A DNA stretch of 48,652 nt. It comes from an uncultured Dehalococcoidales bacterium. GTDB taxonomy: Bacteria; Chloroflexota; Dehalococcoidia; Dehalococcoidales; CAYFFA01. Positions within the stretch are counted from its first letter, which is position 1; every line of letters begins with the position of its first letter. Position numbers and translations under genes: made by a program. Below are positions 26,900-36,118 of this stretch, one piece after another. Below the pieces are notes generated by a model. That model did no database searches and was not told where the DNA came from. It saw only the letters and a list, made by a program, of their open reading frames with translations. The stretch covers positions 1 to 48,652 of the forward strand of contig CAYFFA010000001.1 in assembly GCA_964342375.1 (NCBI GenBank), written 5' to 3'.

Positions 26900-29602
26900 G
26901 TGTGGTTGACACCCGAGAGTGAATTGCGCCAGCTTGTTATAAACGGCAAAACAGTTAAAGCCAGAAGTGGCATGACAGTACTCGAAGCAGCACAGGCGGC
27001 TGGCATTTACATCCCCACTCTTTGTCATCACCCGTATCTATCTCCATCCGGATCATGTCGGCTTTGCGCCGTAGAGGTTGAGGGAATGCGTGGATTGCCG
27101 GGTTCATGCACTCTTCCTGTAGCCGAAGGGATGATAGTCCACACCGAGACGCCCGAAGTGCGGGAATTCCGCCGCACCCTGTTAGAAATCATCCTGAGCG
27201 ACCACCCTCTATCATGCCTTACCTGCCCGGCAAACCTGCGCTGTGAACTGCAGCAACTCGCCGCATATATCGGGATTGAGCAAGTCAGAATACCTCCCCC
27301 AGCACACCCCCCACGTTTTACTGAGGAGGGCATATTCTTCAACCGGGACTACAATCTGTGCATAGTTTGCGGTCGCTGTGTCAAGACCTGCCATGAGATA
27401 CGGGGCCAAAAGGCTATATTCTTCCTCTCTGACGAAACAGGTCTTTCGGTAGGCACTCCGCTAAACCGACCGCTTGAAGATTCGGGGTGCAAATTCTGTG
27501 GTGCATGTGTAGACATATGCCCCACAGGAGCCCTGATTGACAAGGAGCAAAAATGGCTGCCAGATAAGGTAGTTGCCACAACCTGCATCTACTGCGGAGT
27601 GGGTTGTCAACTAGACCTTGAGATACAAGACGGAAAGGTAACTCGGGGTGTGCCCGACCCTGATGGTCCAGCCAATCACGGACAGGCGTGTGTCAAAGGA
27701 CGCTTCGGAATTGCTGAGTTTGTCCATCACAGTGACCGACTCACCAGCCCTCTGATAAGGCGAAACGGCACACTGGTGGAAACCAGCTGGGATGAGGCTT
27801 TGAGCATGGTGGCAGAGAACCTCGCCAAGTACTCCGGCGACGAGGTAGCAGTGATATCTTCCTCCAAGTGCACCAATGAGGAGAACTATGTAGCCCAGAA
27901 GTTCACCCGGGCAGTGCTGTGCACCAACAATATTGACCACTGTGCCCGCCTCTGCCATGCCCCCTCCGTATCGGGTCTAGTCCAGAGTTTCGGCAGCGGA
28001 GCAATGACCAATTCCATTGCCGAGATTGGAGAGGCCACTTGCATCCTGGCTATTGGCACTAATACCACCGTTGCTCATCCGGTAATAGCTCTGGAGGTGA
28101 AGAAGGCAAAACGCCGGGGCGGCAAGCTCATTGTCGCCAATCCGAAGAAAATAGAACTCGCCGGGCTGGCTGATATCTACTTGGAGCATCAACCGGGGAG
28201 CGACGCTGCCCTCCTTATGGGCATGATGCGCGTTATCGTCGATGAAGGACTGCAAAACGATGAATTCATCCGGGAGCGCTGCGAGAACTTCGAATCGTTC
28301 CGTGCCTCTCTGAAGGATTTCAACCTCGACTTCGTTGAGAAAATCACAGGAATTTCACATGAGCAGATAGCCCGGGCGGCACGAATGTACGCTACCGTCA
28401 AGCCCGCGAGTATCCTGTACGCCATGGGCATTACACAGCACTCACATGGCACAGACAATGTACTGGCAATAGCCAATCTCGCCATGCTTACCGGTAATTT
28501 AGGCAAACCCTCGTCAGGAGTGAACCCGCTTCGCGGTCACAACAATGTGCAGGGCTCGTGCGATATGGGCGCACTCCCCAATGTATTTCCCGGCTACCAG
28601 CGTGTGGATGACGAAGCCGTCCAGGAAAAATTCGGCTCTGCCTGGGGATGCCGTCTGAGCCCAGACCCGGGCCTCACCCTCGTAGAAATGTTCGATGCTA
28701 TCCATGATGGGCAGATTAAGGCAGTCTACATGATTGGAGGAAACGCTTCGCTGAGTGAGCCTGATATCCAGCATATCAATGAGGCACTGGATAAGGTTGA
28801 ATTCCTGGTGGTTCAGGATATATTCCTTTCCGAAACTGCCGAGAAGGCTGACGTGATTCTGCCCGCGTGCAGCTTTGCTGAAAAAGACGGCACCTTCACC
28901 AATACTGAGCGCCGTGTGCAGCGGGTACGAAAGGCTATTGAAGAAATAGGTGAATCAAAGCCCGACTGGTGGATAATCTGCCAGATTGCGCAGAAAATGG
29001 GAGGTAAGGGCTTTGAGTATAAGCAGCCCTCCCAGATTATGGACGAGATTGCTAGCCTCACCCCCAGCTATGGAGGCATTTCCTATGAGCGTCTGGAGAC
29101 GGAAAGCCTGCAATGGCCCTGCCTGACGAAAGACCATCCCGGCACGATTTTTCTGCACAGGGATGGATTTACCCGGGGAAAGGGCAAGTTCATGCCGCTG
29201 ACCTATAAGCCTCCCAAAGAGCTCCCAGATGAAGATTTCCCGCTCATTCTGACCACTGGGCGCAGCCTATATCACTTCCACACCGGTACCCTGACCCGAA
29301 AGGTAAATGGTCTTAACACGCTGAAGAAGGAGGAGGAGGTAGAGATAAACCCCGAGGATGCCCAAAAGCTGGGAATTGACCATGGCGGGCTGGTTAAACT
29401 AGTCTCGCGACGGGGTGAGATAGTAGCAAAGGCAAAGGTTACGGAGACTTCGCCGCCAGGTGTCATCTTCATGACCTTCCACTTCGCCGAAAGCCCGGCC
29501 AATATGCTTACTAATCATGCGCTTGACCCTGTAGCCAAAATCCCTGAATATAAGGTAAGCGCGGTACGGGTGGAGAAAATAGCGGGGGCTATACGTGTAT
29601 AA
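26900..29602 (+). CDS. fdhA: Formate dehydrogenase alpha subunit, soluble FdsA/FdhF-type with N-terminal Fe-S domains, Cys variant
   Basis: It has an N-terminal 2Fe-2S motif (CHHPYLSPSGSCRLCAVEV), two ferredoxin 4Fe-4S motifs (CIVCGRCVKTC, CKFCGACVDICP), a MopB 4Fe-4S motif (CIYCGVGCQL), a bis-MGD domain and a C-terminal MopB-CT domain. The catalytic motif ARLCHAPSV has Cys where Sec-type enzymes have TGA. I prefer the GTG at 26900, after GGAGGAGGAG. The track start is 26885. Confidence 0.85.
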   Translation: MWLTPESELRQLVINGKTVKARSGMTVLEAAQAAGIYIPTLCHHPYLSPSGSCRLCAVEVEGMRGLPGSCTLPVAEGMIVHTETPEVREFRRTLLEIILSDHPLSCLTCPANLRCELQQLAAYIGIEQVRIPPPAHPPRFTEEGIFFNRDYNLCIVCGRCVKTCHEIRGQKAIFFLSDETGLSVGTPLNRPLEDSGCKFCGACVDICPTGALIDKEQKWLPDKVVATTCIYCGVGCQLDLEIQDGKVTRGVPDPDGPANHGQACVKGRFGIAEFVHHSDRLTSPLIRRNGTLVETSWDEALSMVAENLAKYSGDEVAVISSSKCTNEENYVAQKFTRAVLCTNNIDHCARLCHAPSVSGLVQSFGSGAMTNSIAEIGEATCILAIGTNTTVAHPVIALEVKKAKRRGGKLIVANPKKIELAGLADIYLEHQPGSDAALLMGMMRVIVDEGLQNDEFIRERCENFESFRASLKDFNLDFVEKITGISHEQIARAARMYATVKPASILYAMGITQHSHGTDNVLAIANLAMLTGNLGKPSSGVNPLRGHNNVQGSCDMGALPNVFPGYQRVDDEAVQEKFGSAWGCRLSPDPGLTLVEMFDAIHDGQIKAVYMIGGNASLSEPDIQHINEALDKVEFLVVQDIFLSETAEKADVILPACSFAEKDGTFTNTERRVQRVRKAIEEIGESKPDWWIICQIAQKMGGKGFEYKQPSQIMDEIASLTPSYGGISYERLETESLQWPCLTKDHPGTIFLHRDGFTRGKGKFMPLTYKPPKELPDEDFPLILTTGRSLYHFHTGTLTRKVNGLNTLKKEEEVEINPEDAQKLGIDHGGLVKLVSRRGEIVAKAKVTETSPPGVIFMTFHFAESPANMLTNHALDPVAKIPEYKVSAVRVEKIAGAIRV

Positions 29603-30434
29603 GATTTTGCGTAAAGAGAGTTTAACACCAACCGTACACCGGATTGAGATAGAAGCCCCGGCAGTGGCTAGAAAAGCACAGCCCGGGCAGTTCATCATGC
29701 TCATAGTGGATGAGAAAGGAGAGCGCATTCCGCTCACCATTGCCTCCTGGGACCACAAACAGGGTAGCATCTCAATTGTAGTCAGCGAAGTTGGCACGAC
29801 TACAAGTAAACTGGGTAAACTGAAACAGGGCGATTCTCTTGCCCACTTCGTAGGTCCTCTCGGCAAGCCAGCCACTATAGATAAATTCGGTAACGTTGCT
29901 TGCGTGGCTATGGGATATGGCATGGCTACTATTGTGCCCATTGCCCGTGCGCTGCGTGAGGCACAGAACAGGGTATACTCCGTAATCTCAGCACCGACCA
30001 AGGCCGACCTGTTTGGGATGGACCGCCTCAGCGAAGTCAGTGACAACCTAGTCGCGACCACCTTTGATGGCTCCTATGGTGAGCAAGGTTGGATAACCGA
30101 GCCGCTGAGGCACCAGTTCGAAGCTGGCGAGCCTATTAATCGGGTGTTTGCCATTGGTCCGCTTTGCATGATGAGGCAGGCATCCGCTGTTACCAAGGAG
30201 TTCGGGATAAATACCGTAGTCAGCTTGAACCCGGTCATGGTTGATGGCACCGGGATGTGTGGTGCCTGCCGGGTATCAATAGCTGGCGAGACCAAGTTTG
30301 CCTGCGTTGACGGACCCGAGTTCAACGGGCACGAGGTTGACTGGGACCTTCTCATGGCACGTCGCTGCCCCTATCCGGTTTGTCTGGAAGAGGGAGCCAC
30401 GGCATTTCGGTGCCAACACTGCGGACAGTGGTGA
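29595..30434 (+). CDS. nfnA: NfnA/SudB-like subunit (PyrK-type FAD/NAD(P)-binding protein with C-terminal 2Fe-2S)
   Basis: 279 aa. It shows FNR-like fold motifs (GERIPLTIAS, GYGMATIVP) and a C-terminal GTGMCGACRV cluster. The GTG start overlaps the fdhA stop by 8 nt (GTGTATAA). Confidence 0.8.
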   Translation: MYKILRKESLTPTVHRIEIEAPAVARKAQPGQFIMLIVDEKGERIPLTIASWDHKQGSISIVVSEVGTTTSKLGKLKQGDSLAHFVGPLGKPATIDKFGNVACVAMGYGMATIVPIARALREAQNRVYSVISAPTKADLFGMDRLSEVSDNLVATTFDGSYGEQGWITEPLRHQFEAGEPINRVFAIGPLCMMRQASAVTKEFGINTVVSLNPVMVDGTGMCGACRVSIAGETKFACVDGPEFNGHEVDWDLLMARRCPYPVCLEEGATAFRCQHCGQW

Positions 30435-30450
30435 GCGAAGGAGACACACA

Positions 30451-31881
30451 ATGGCAAAACTCGACCTGAACCGCGAGGAGATGCCCAGGCAGGAGCCTCA
30501 CATGAGGAGTAAGAACTTCGATGAGGTAGCCCTGGGTTATGCCGTTGAGCAGGCTACTCATGAAGCTAATAGGTGCATCCAGTGCGTGAAGCGCAACTGT
30601 GTAGCAGGCTGCCCGGTGAGCGTGGACATACCTGAGTTTATAAAAGCACTGCGCGAGGGCAACATGCCTGAAGCAGCCAAGATACTCAAAGGCAAGAATG
30701 CCCTTCCAGGAATCTGCGGTCGGGTGTGCCCTCAGGAGACCCAGTGTGAGCAGGTGTGCACTCTGAGCAAAAGGGACGCTCCCATAGCCATCGGGCGCTT
30801 AGAACGCTATGTTGCTGACTGGGACCATGAGCAAGAGACTTCTGGTAAGCCAAAAGTAGACATAGCCCCCCCTTCAGGGAAGAAGGTTGCTGTTGCAGGC
30901 TCCGGACCGGCAGGTCTGACCTGCGCTGCTGACCTAGCCAAGATGGGACATCAGGTGACAATCTACGAAGCCATGCATGTGGCTGGCGGAGTCCTGATAT
31001 ACGGTATCCCCGAGTTCAGGTTGCCCAAAGACATCGTGCAATCAGAAGTAGACTATGTCAAGTCCCTTGGGGTAGAACTCAAACTCGATTCGGTAGTGGG
31101 CAAGTTGATGAGCGTGGATGAGCTTCTGGGAAACGGGTATGATGCGGTGTTCCTGGGGACCGGAGCGGGATTACCCATGTTCCCGAATATCCCAGGGGAG
31201 AACTTCGGTGGTGTCTACTCCGCCAATGAGTTCCTCACCCGCGTAAACTTGATGAAAGCCTACCTGCCCGATAACTATGACACGCCCCTACCTATGGGGA
31301 AGCGCGTCGCTGTAATCGGCGGCGGCAACGTAGCCATGGATTCGGCACGCTGTGCTATTCGCTATGGGGCAGAAACCGTATACACTATCTACCGGCGCTC
31401 CGCAGTTGAGATGCCGGCACGCGCCGAGGAAGTGGAAAATGCTCACGAAGAAGGTATTATCTTCAAGCTGCTCACCAATCCGCTAAGATTCCTAGCCAGT
31501 GGCCGCTGCTGGGTCACCGCCATGGAGTGCATTGAAATGGAGTTGGGAGAGCCAGACGCAAGCGGTCGGCGCCGCCCCATACCGAAGCCGGGCAGTGAGT
31601 TTATCCTTGACGTAGATACCGTTGTGGTAGCCCTTGGCACTACCCCTAATCCATTGATACCCTCCACAACCGAGGGCTTAGCCACTACTTCATGGGGCAC
31701 AGTCGTTGTCGACAAGGGCACAGGACAAAGCGTAAAACACAAAGTCTGGGCTGGCGGAGACCTCACTACCGGGGCAGCCACGGTTATAAGCGCTATGGGC
31801 GCAGGGAAGACCGCCGCCGCATCTATCGATGAGTACCTTCGCGGGAATATGTCCTGGCCAGTATTCAAAGAAAATCAGTGA
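30451..31881 (+). CDS. nfnB: NfnB/SudA/GltD-like NADPH-dependent oxidoreductase subunit
   Basis: The ATG at 30451 follows AAGGAGA. The N-terminus has two 4Fe-4S motifs (CIQCVKRNCVAGCP, CPQETQCEQVC) and two dinucleotide folds (GSGPAGL, GGGNVAMD). The track's upstream start at 30298 would overlap nfnA. Confidence 0.85.
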   Translation: MAKLDLNREEMPRQEPHMRSKNFDEVALGYAVEQATHEANRCIQCVKRNCVAGCPVSVDIPEFIKALREGNMPEAAKILKGKNALPGICGRVCPQETQCEQVCTLSKRDAPIAIGRLERYVADWDHEQETSGKPKVDIAPPSGKKVAVAGSGPAGLTCAADLAKMGHQVTIYEAMHVAGGVLIYGIPEFRLPKDIVQSEVDYVKSLGVELKLDSVVGKLMSVDELLGNGYDAVFLGTGAGLPMFPNIPGENFGGVYSANEFLTRVNLMKAYLPDNYDTPLPMGKRVAVIGGGNVAMDSARCAIRYGAETVYTIYRRSAVEMPARAEEVENAHEEGIIFKLLTNPLRFLASGRCWVTAMECIEMELGEPDASGRRRPIPKPGSEFILDVDTVVVALGTTPNPLIPSTTEGLATTSWGTVVVDKGTGQSVKHKVWAGGDLTTGAATVISAMGAGKTAAASIDEYLRGNMSWPVFKENQ

Positions 31882-32074
31882 TGGCAGAGCGGACGCCGCA
31901 GGATAGACCGCACCATAAAGCTATCGCTTTGTAAAGGTGCGCTTCTGGTTTTCCTTCCTTCTTTTCCGCCTATGAGCATGTGACTTGTTTCGGAGCCCAT
32001 TAGCTTGACAGTAAGTATAAGGCTCAGCATATAATGTACATAGTAAATTCGGCCAGAGCGAAGGCAGGAATATA

Positions 32075-32584
32075 ATGAGGGTAAATGTAGCTCAGCATCT
32101 TAAGGCGCCCATAGGAACAACACGGAATTATGAGATAGATGAGATGGTTGATATTGCTGACAGCGGGCTTCCGATTCAGGGGGAGGTCGAGCTGACACGC
32201 ACCAATCGTGGTATCCTGGTCAAAGGCACGCTGCACACTGAGCTTGAAGTCACTTGCAGCCGTTGTTTGAGTTCATTCGGTTACCCTATAACCCTAAATA
32301 TTGAAGAGGAATTCTTCCCCACCACCGATGTAGTCAGGGGCACTTCATTGACTGTGCCCAATGAGCCCGGCTGTTTCACTATTGATGAGAATCATATTCT
32401 TGATTTAACTGAGGCAATATCTCAGTACGCACTATTGGCTGTCCCGATGAAGCCGCTGTGCCGTGAAGATTGCGTCGGGTTATGTACCAACTGTGGTCAC
32501 GAGCTTAACCAGGGAGCTTGTGGTTGCCCGCCTCAAGAAACAGGTCTTCATCAGTCAGAACTGAGAGAGGTAATGAAGAAATAG
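32075..32584 (+). CDS. yceD: YceD/DUF177 family protein
   Basis: 169 aa. It has the C-terminal motif CREDCVGLCTNCGHELNQGACGC and lies immediately upstream of rpmF, the canonical position. Confidence 0.85.
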   Translation: MRVNVAQHLKAPIGTTRNYEIDEMVDIADSGLPIQGEVELTRTNRGILVKGTLHTELEVTCSRCLSSFGYPITLNIEEEFFPTTDVVRGTSLTVPNEPGCFTIDENHILDLTEAISQYALLAVPMKPLCREDCVGLCTNCGHELNQGACGCPPQETGLHQSELREVMKK

Positions 32585-32674
32585 CCTCCCTCAATTTTAT
32601 CTGCCGAATAACCGGCCAAAATTGGCTTTTGCCAGTAGCTTAATCTAACCGAGTTGAAAGGAAAGGAATGGATT

Positions 32675-32884
32675 ATGGGAGCTTTACCAAAGCGAAAATA
32701 TGCTAAGGCACGCCAGGGTAAAAGGCGCAGTCATTCGGCATTAGACAATCCGCCACTGGACCTTTGCCCTCAATGCCATAGCCCCAAGCTGTCTCACCAT
32801 GTATGCCCAACCTGTGGTACCTATGCAGGCAGGGAAGTCATTGAGACTGAAAGCCCGAAAAAGCAGGCCGACCATGGAGATTAA
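32675..32884 (+). CDS. rpmF: 50S ribosomal protein L32
   Basis: It reads MGALPKRKYAKARQGKRRSH...CPQCHSPKLSHHVCPTCGTY. The ATG at 32675 follows GAAAGGAAAGG. Confidence 0.9.
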   Translation: MGALPKRKYAKARQGKRRSHSALDNPPLDLCPQCHSPKLSHHVCPTCGTYAGREVIETESPKKQADHGD

Positions 32885-32931
32885 ATACACTCATAACTGA
32901 CAAGTGAACTAATGGTAAGGAGGGAATTCCC

Positions 32932-34089
32932 TTGGAGTATTTCTTAAATGATAAGCAGAAGATGATTAAGAGCCTGGCCAGAAGAATTGCTGAGGAGAGA
33001 ATACTGCCGGGTCGAACGGAGCTTGATGAACGCGAGGAGTTCCCGTGGGCAATCTTGAAAGACATGGCTGATGCTGACTTGTTTCGCGTCTTTGTCCCGG
33101 AAGAATATGAGGGGTTAGGTGGAGGCTGCTTCGAGCTGTGTCTGGTTGTGGAAGAGTTGGCTCGGGCATGCAGTGGTGTTGCCGTCAGCTATGCGGCCAG
33201 TGCCCTGGGGAGCTTTACCCTGGTAGATTACGGAAGTGACGCACAGAAGCAGAAATACCTCCCCAGTATTGCCAGTGGCAAGAGTCTTACTGCCTTTGCG
33301 TTAACTGAGCCAACAGCGGGTAGCGATGCCCTTGCTATAAAGACAACGGCAGAAAAAGTTGAGGGGGGGTATCTGCTCAATGGCACAAAACAATTTATTA
33401 CTAACGGTGGTGATGCTGAGATATACACAGTTATTGCCTTAACTGATAAGACCAGAGGTCCCCGTGGCGCCAGTGCCTTGCTGGTTGAAAAAGGCACACC
33501 GGGTTTTTCTTTCGGTAAGAAAGAGAAGAAGATGGGTATTCGTGCTTCTTCAACATGTGAACTGGTTTTTCGCAACTGTCTGGTTCCTGAAGAAAATTTG
33601 ATTGGTAAGCCCGGCAGGGGGTTTCTCATGACGATGAATCTCTTAGATCAGTCGCGCCCGGGGGTAGGCTCTCAGGCACTTGGGCTGGCTCAGGGAGCCC
33701 TGGAAGCCGCCGTAGATTATACCGAGCAGCGCGCCCAGTTTGGACACCCCATAATTTCTCTTCCGGTAGTCCAGGATATACTGGCTGACATGGCAATTCA
33801 AGTTGAAGCTGCCAGGGCGCTGATCTATGCCACGGCACGGACAATTGATAGCGGAGCCACCAATTATACCGAAAATTCAGCTATGGCAAAGGTCTTTGCC
33901 TCAGATGCAGCGATGAAAATTACCACTGATGCTGTACAGGTTTGCGGTGGCGCTGGCTACATGAAGGACTATCCCCTTGAGAAGATGATGAGGGATGCCA
34001 AAATCACCCAGATATACGAAGGTTCTAACCAGGTCCTGAGAAATGCCATTGCCGTTCACCTGAGGAAGAGAAAGGCAAAAACAGAGTGA
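32932..34089 (+). CDS. Acyl-CoA dehydrogenase (short/butyryl-CoA dehydrogenase-like)
   Basis: 385 aa. The TTG start is 8 nt after AAGGAGGG. Characteristic ACAD blocks are present (FALTEPTAGSDA, KQFITNGG, GRGF...L...R, IYEGSNQV). Confidence 0.85.
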   Translation: MEYFLNDKQKMIKSLARRIAEERILPGRTELDEREEFPWAILKDMADADLFRVFVPEEYEGLGGGCFELCLVVEELARACSGVAVSYAASALGSFTLVDYGSDAQKQKYLPSIASGKSLTAFALTEPTAGSDALAIKTTAEKVEGGYLLNGTKQFITNGGDAEIYTVIALTDKTRGPRGASALLVEKGTPGFSFGKKEKKMGIRASSTCELVFRNCLVPEENLIGKPGRGFLMTMNLLDQSRPGVGSQALGLAQGALEAAVDYTEQRAQFGHPIISLPVVQDILADMAIQVEAARALIYATARTIDSGATNYTENSAMAKVFASDAAMKITTDAVQVCGGAGYMKDYPLEKMMRDAKITQIYEGSNQVLRNAIAVHLRKRKAKTE

Positions 34090-34871
34090 ACATCGTCGTT
34101 TGCCTGAAGCAAGTCCCCGGTATCACAGATGTCAAGATTGACCCCGAGACCAACACTCTGATAAGACAGGGAATTAAGAACATCATCAACCCGCTTGATA
34201 CTTATGCCCTTGAGGAAGGGGTCCGAATAAAGGAGCGATACGGGGGCAAGGTTACGGTTATCAGTATGGGGCCACCTCAAGCTGAAGAGATGCTGAGGGA
34301 AGCGATTTCACAGGGTGCCGATGAAGCCGTTTTGCTGAGTGATAGAGCCTTTGCCGGAGCTGATACCTGGGCTACTGCCTACACCTTGGCCGTCACAATC
34401 AATAAACTGGGGAAATATGACATCATAATTTGTGGACGGCAGACTCTGGATGGGGATACGGGGCAGGTGGGGCCGGAGTTGGCGGAGATGCTGGGGATAC
34501 CGTTCATAGCCTATGTCAGCCAGATAGAAGAGATAGTTGAGGGACAGATGCGAATCCAGCGGATGGTTGAGGGGGGCCATGAGATTATTCAGAGTCCTTT
34601 ACCGGCGCTAATTACGGTTGTAAAAGAGATTAATATGTCTCGTCTTCCATCACTTCGCGGCATTGCCAGATCACAGAGCGCTGTTATTCCAACGTGGACC
34701 ATCCAAGAACTGGGTGTTGACCCCGGCAGGGTTGGCTTATCCGGCTCCTTTACCAGAGTAATCAAAGTGTTTTCACCCCAGAGAACCTGCCAGGCTGAGA
34801 TATTTCAGGGCGAGTTGGAAAGTCAGGTAGACTGTCTGGTTGACAAGCTGAAAAATGCCGGATTAACCTAG
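34086..34871 (+). CDS. etfB: Electron transfer flavoprotein beta subunit
   Basis: 261 aa. It starts NIVVCLKQVP and contains CGRQTLDGDTGQVGP. The GTG start overlaps the acd stop (GTGA). Confidence 0.9.
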   Translation: MNIVVCLKQVPGITDVKIDPETNTLIRQGIKNIINPLDTYALEEGVRIKERYGGKVTVISMGPPQAEEMLREAISQGADEAVLLSDRAFAGADTWATAYTLAVTINKLGKYDIIICGRQTLDGDTGQVGPELAEMLGIPFIAYVSQIEEIVEGQMRIQRMVEGGHEIIQSPLPALITVVKEINMSRLPSLRGIARSQSAVIPTWTIQELGVDPGRVGLSGSFTRVIKVFSPQRTCQAEIFQGELESQVDCLVDKLKNAGLT

Positions 34872-34884
34872 TATCAGGATAAGT

Positions 34885-36063
34885 ATGGAAATTCAAATCG
34901 ACCTTGATAAGTGTACTGGCTGTGGTGACTGTGTCCCGGCCTGTCCGTTTGGTCTTCTGGAGATTATAGATGATAAAGTCCAGCTACAGGAAGGTTGCAC
35001 GCTTTGCGGTGCTTGCCAGGAAGTCTGCGCCCACGAGGCGCTAGATACCGAAACTATACCTGAGACTGAGGCGGTGAGCGATAGCCACCGGGGAATCTGG
35101 GTATTTGCCGAGCAACAGGATGGCAGGTTGAAGAGCGTTGGCTACGAGCTACTGGCCAAGGGAAGAGAGCTGGCAGATAGTCTGAATACCGAATTAAGTG
35201 CGGTATGTTTTGGTCACAATATCGATGAAATCAGCTTGATTGCCTGCGGCGCGGATAAAGTATACATTGTAGATAGTCCGGACCTTGCCGATAATTCGGA
35301 GGATGCATGTACTCATCAGCTCGTTGAACTGATTCGGAAATATGAGCCGGAAGTAGTTATTGCCGGGGCGACTTCACTGGGACGCTCGTTTATTCCCCGG
35401 GTAGCGTCTATCATAGAGTCAGGACTTACCGCTGACTGCACTGGGCTTGAAATCGATACCGAGAAGAGACTGCTCCTGCAGACCCGCCCTACTTTTGGCG
35501 GCAATATCATGGCAACCATTATTTGCCCGACAAAGCGACCACAAATGTCAACCGTCCGTCCGCGGGTATTTAAGAAAGGCGTACCAGACAAGCGAAGGAA
35601 GGGGCAGATAATAAGGGTAGACTTCAATAAGGAAAGCATAACGTCAAGAACCAAACTGCTTGGCTTTGTCGAGGATATTACTGAAACTGTCAAACTTGAT
35701 GAAGTCGATATTATTGTTGCGGGGGGGCGGGGACTGGAAAAGTCGGAAAACTTCCAGTTGCTGGAAGACCTGGCGAAGGTTATGGGGGCGGCGGTAGGCT
35801 CATCCCGGCCACCGGTCGACGAGGGATGGATTCCATATTCTCATCAAGTTGGGCAGACAGGGAAAACGGTTTGTCCCAAGATGTATATCGCCTGCGGCAT
35901 CTCCGGCTCGGTTCAGCACATGGCTGGCATGCAAACCGCGGAAGTTATCGTGGCCATAAATGATGACCCCAATGCCCCTATCTTCGAAATAGCTACCTAC
36001 GGCATTGTCGGCGACCTTTTCAAGGTAGTGCCAATGCTGATAGAAAAGCTAAAGAATGAATAA
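34885..36063 (+). CDS. etfA: Electron transfer flavoprotein alpha subunit with N-terminal 2x[4Fe-4S] ferredoxin domain
   Basis: 392 aa. The N-terminus has CTGCGDCVPACP and CTLCGACQEVC. The C-terminus has the Etf alpha FAD-binding motif (ACGISGSVQHMAGM). Confidence 0.85.
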   Translation: MEIQIDLDKCTGCGDCVPACPFGLLEIIDDKVQLQEGCTLCGACQEVCAHEALDTETIPETEAVSDSHRGIWVFAEQQDGRLKSVGYELLAKGRELADSLNTELSAVCFGHNIDEISLIACGADKVYIVDSPDLADNSEDACTHQLVELIRKYEPEVVIAGATSLGRSFIPRVASIIESGLTADCTGLEIDTEKRLLLQTRPTFGGNIMATIICPTKRPQMSTVRPRVFKKGVPDKRRKGQIIRVDFNKESITSRTKLLGFVEDITETVKLDEVDIIVAGGRGLEKSENFQLLEDLAKVMGAAVGSSRPPVDEGWIPYSHQVGQTGKTVCPKMYIACGISGSVQHMAGMQTAEVIVAINDDPNAPIFEIATYGIVGDLFKVVPMLIEKLKNE

Positions 36064-36118
36064 TTCCGGTTCGGGTCTCGGATGGAGAACCAGAATGAGG
36101 TTGAACTGCACGTAGAGT

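Noticed and set aside
26885-29602. Selenocysteine-containing formate dehydrogenase
   Set aside because: The ORF is uninterrupted, and the catalytic motif reads ARLCHAPSV with a Cys codon where Sec enzymes carry TGA. This is a Cys-type enzyme.
27028-30061. Numerous 60-220-aa ORFs antisense to or overlapping fdhA and nfnA (for example 29399..30061). Similar ORFs overlap rny, dnaE, mfd, dnaE2 and the amidohydrolase gene (for example 7352..7717, 12769..13320, 44488..45798).
   Set aside because: They lie entirely within or opposite long genes that have strong family signatures. They show Arg/Ser/Pro/Leu-rich antisense-type composition and lack RBSs. They are typical shadow ORFs.
30298-30450. Upstream start (30298) for nfnB giving a 527-aa protein
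   Set aside because: The extension overlaps the nfnA C-terminus in another frame and has no homology-like sequence. The ATG at 30451 follows AAGGAGA and begins the conserved GltD/NfnB N-terminus.
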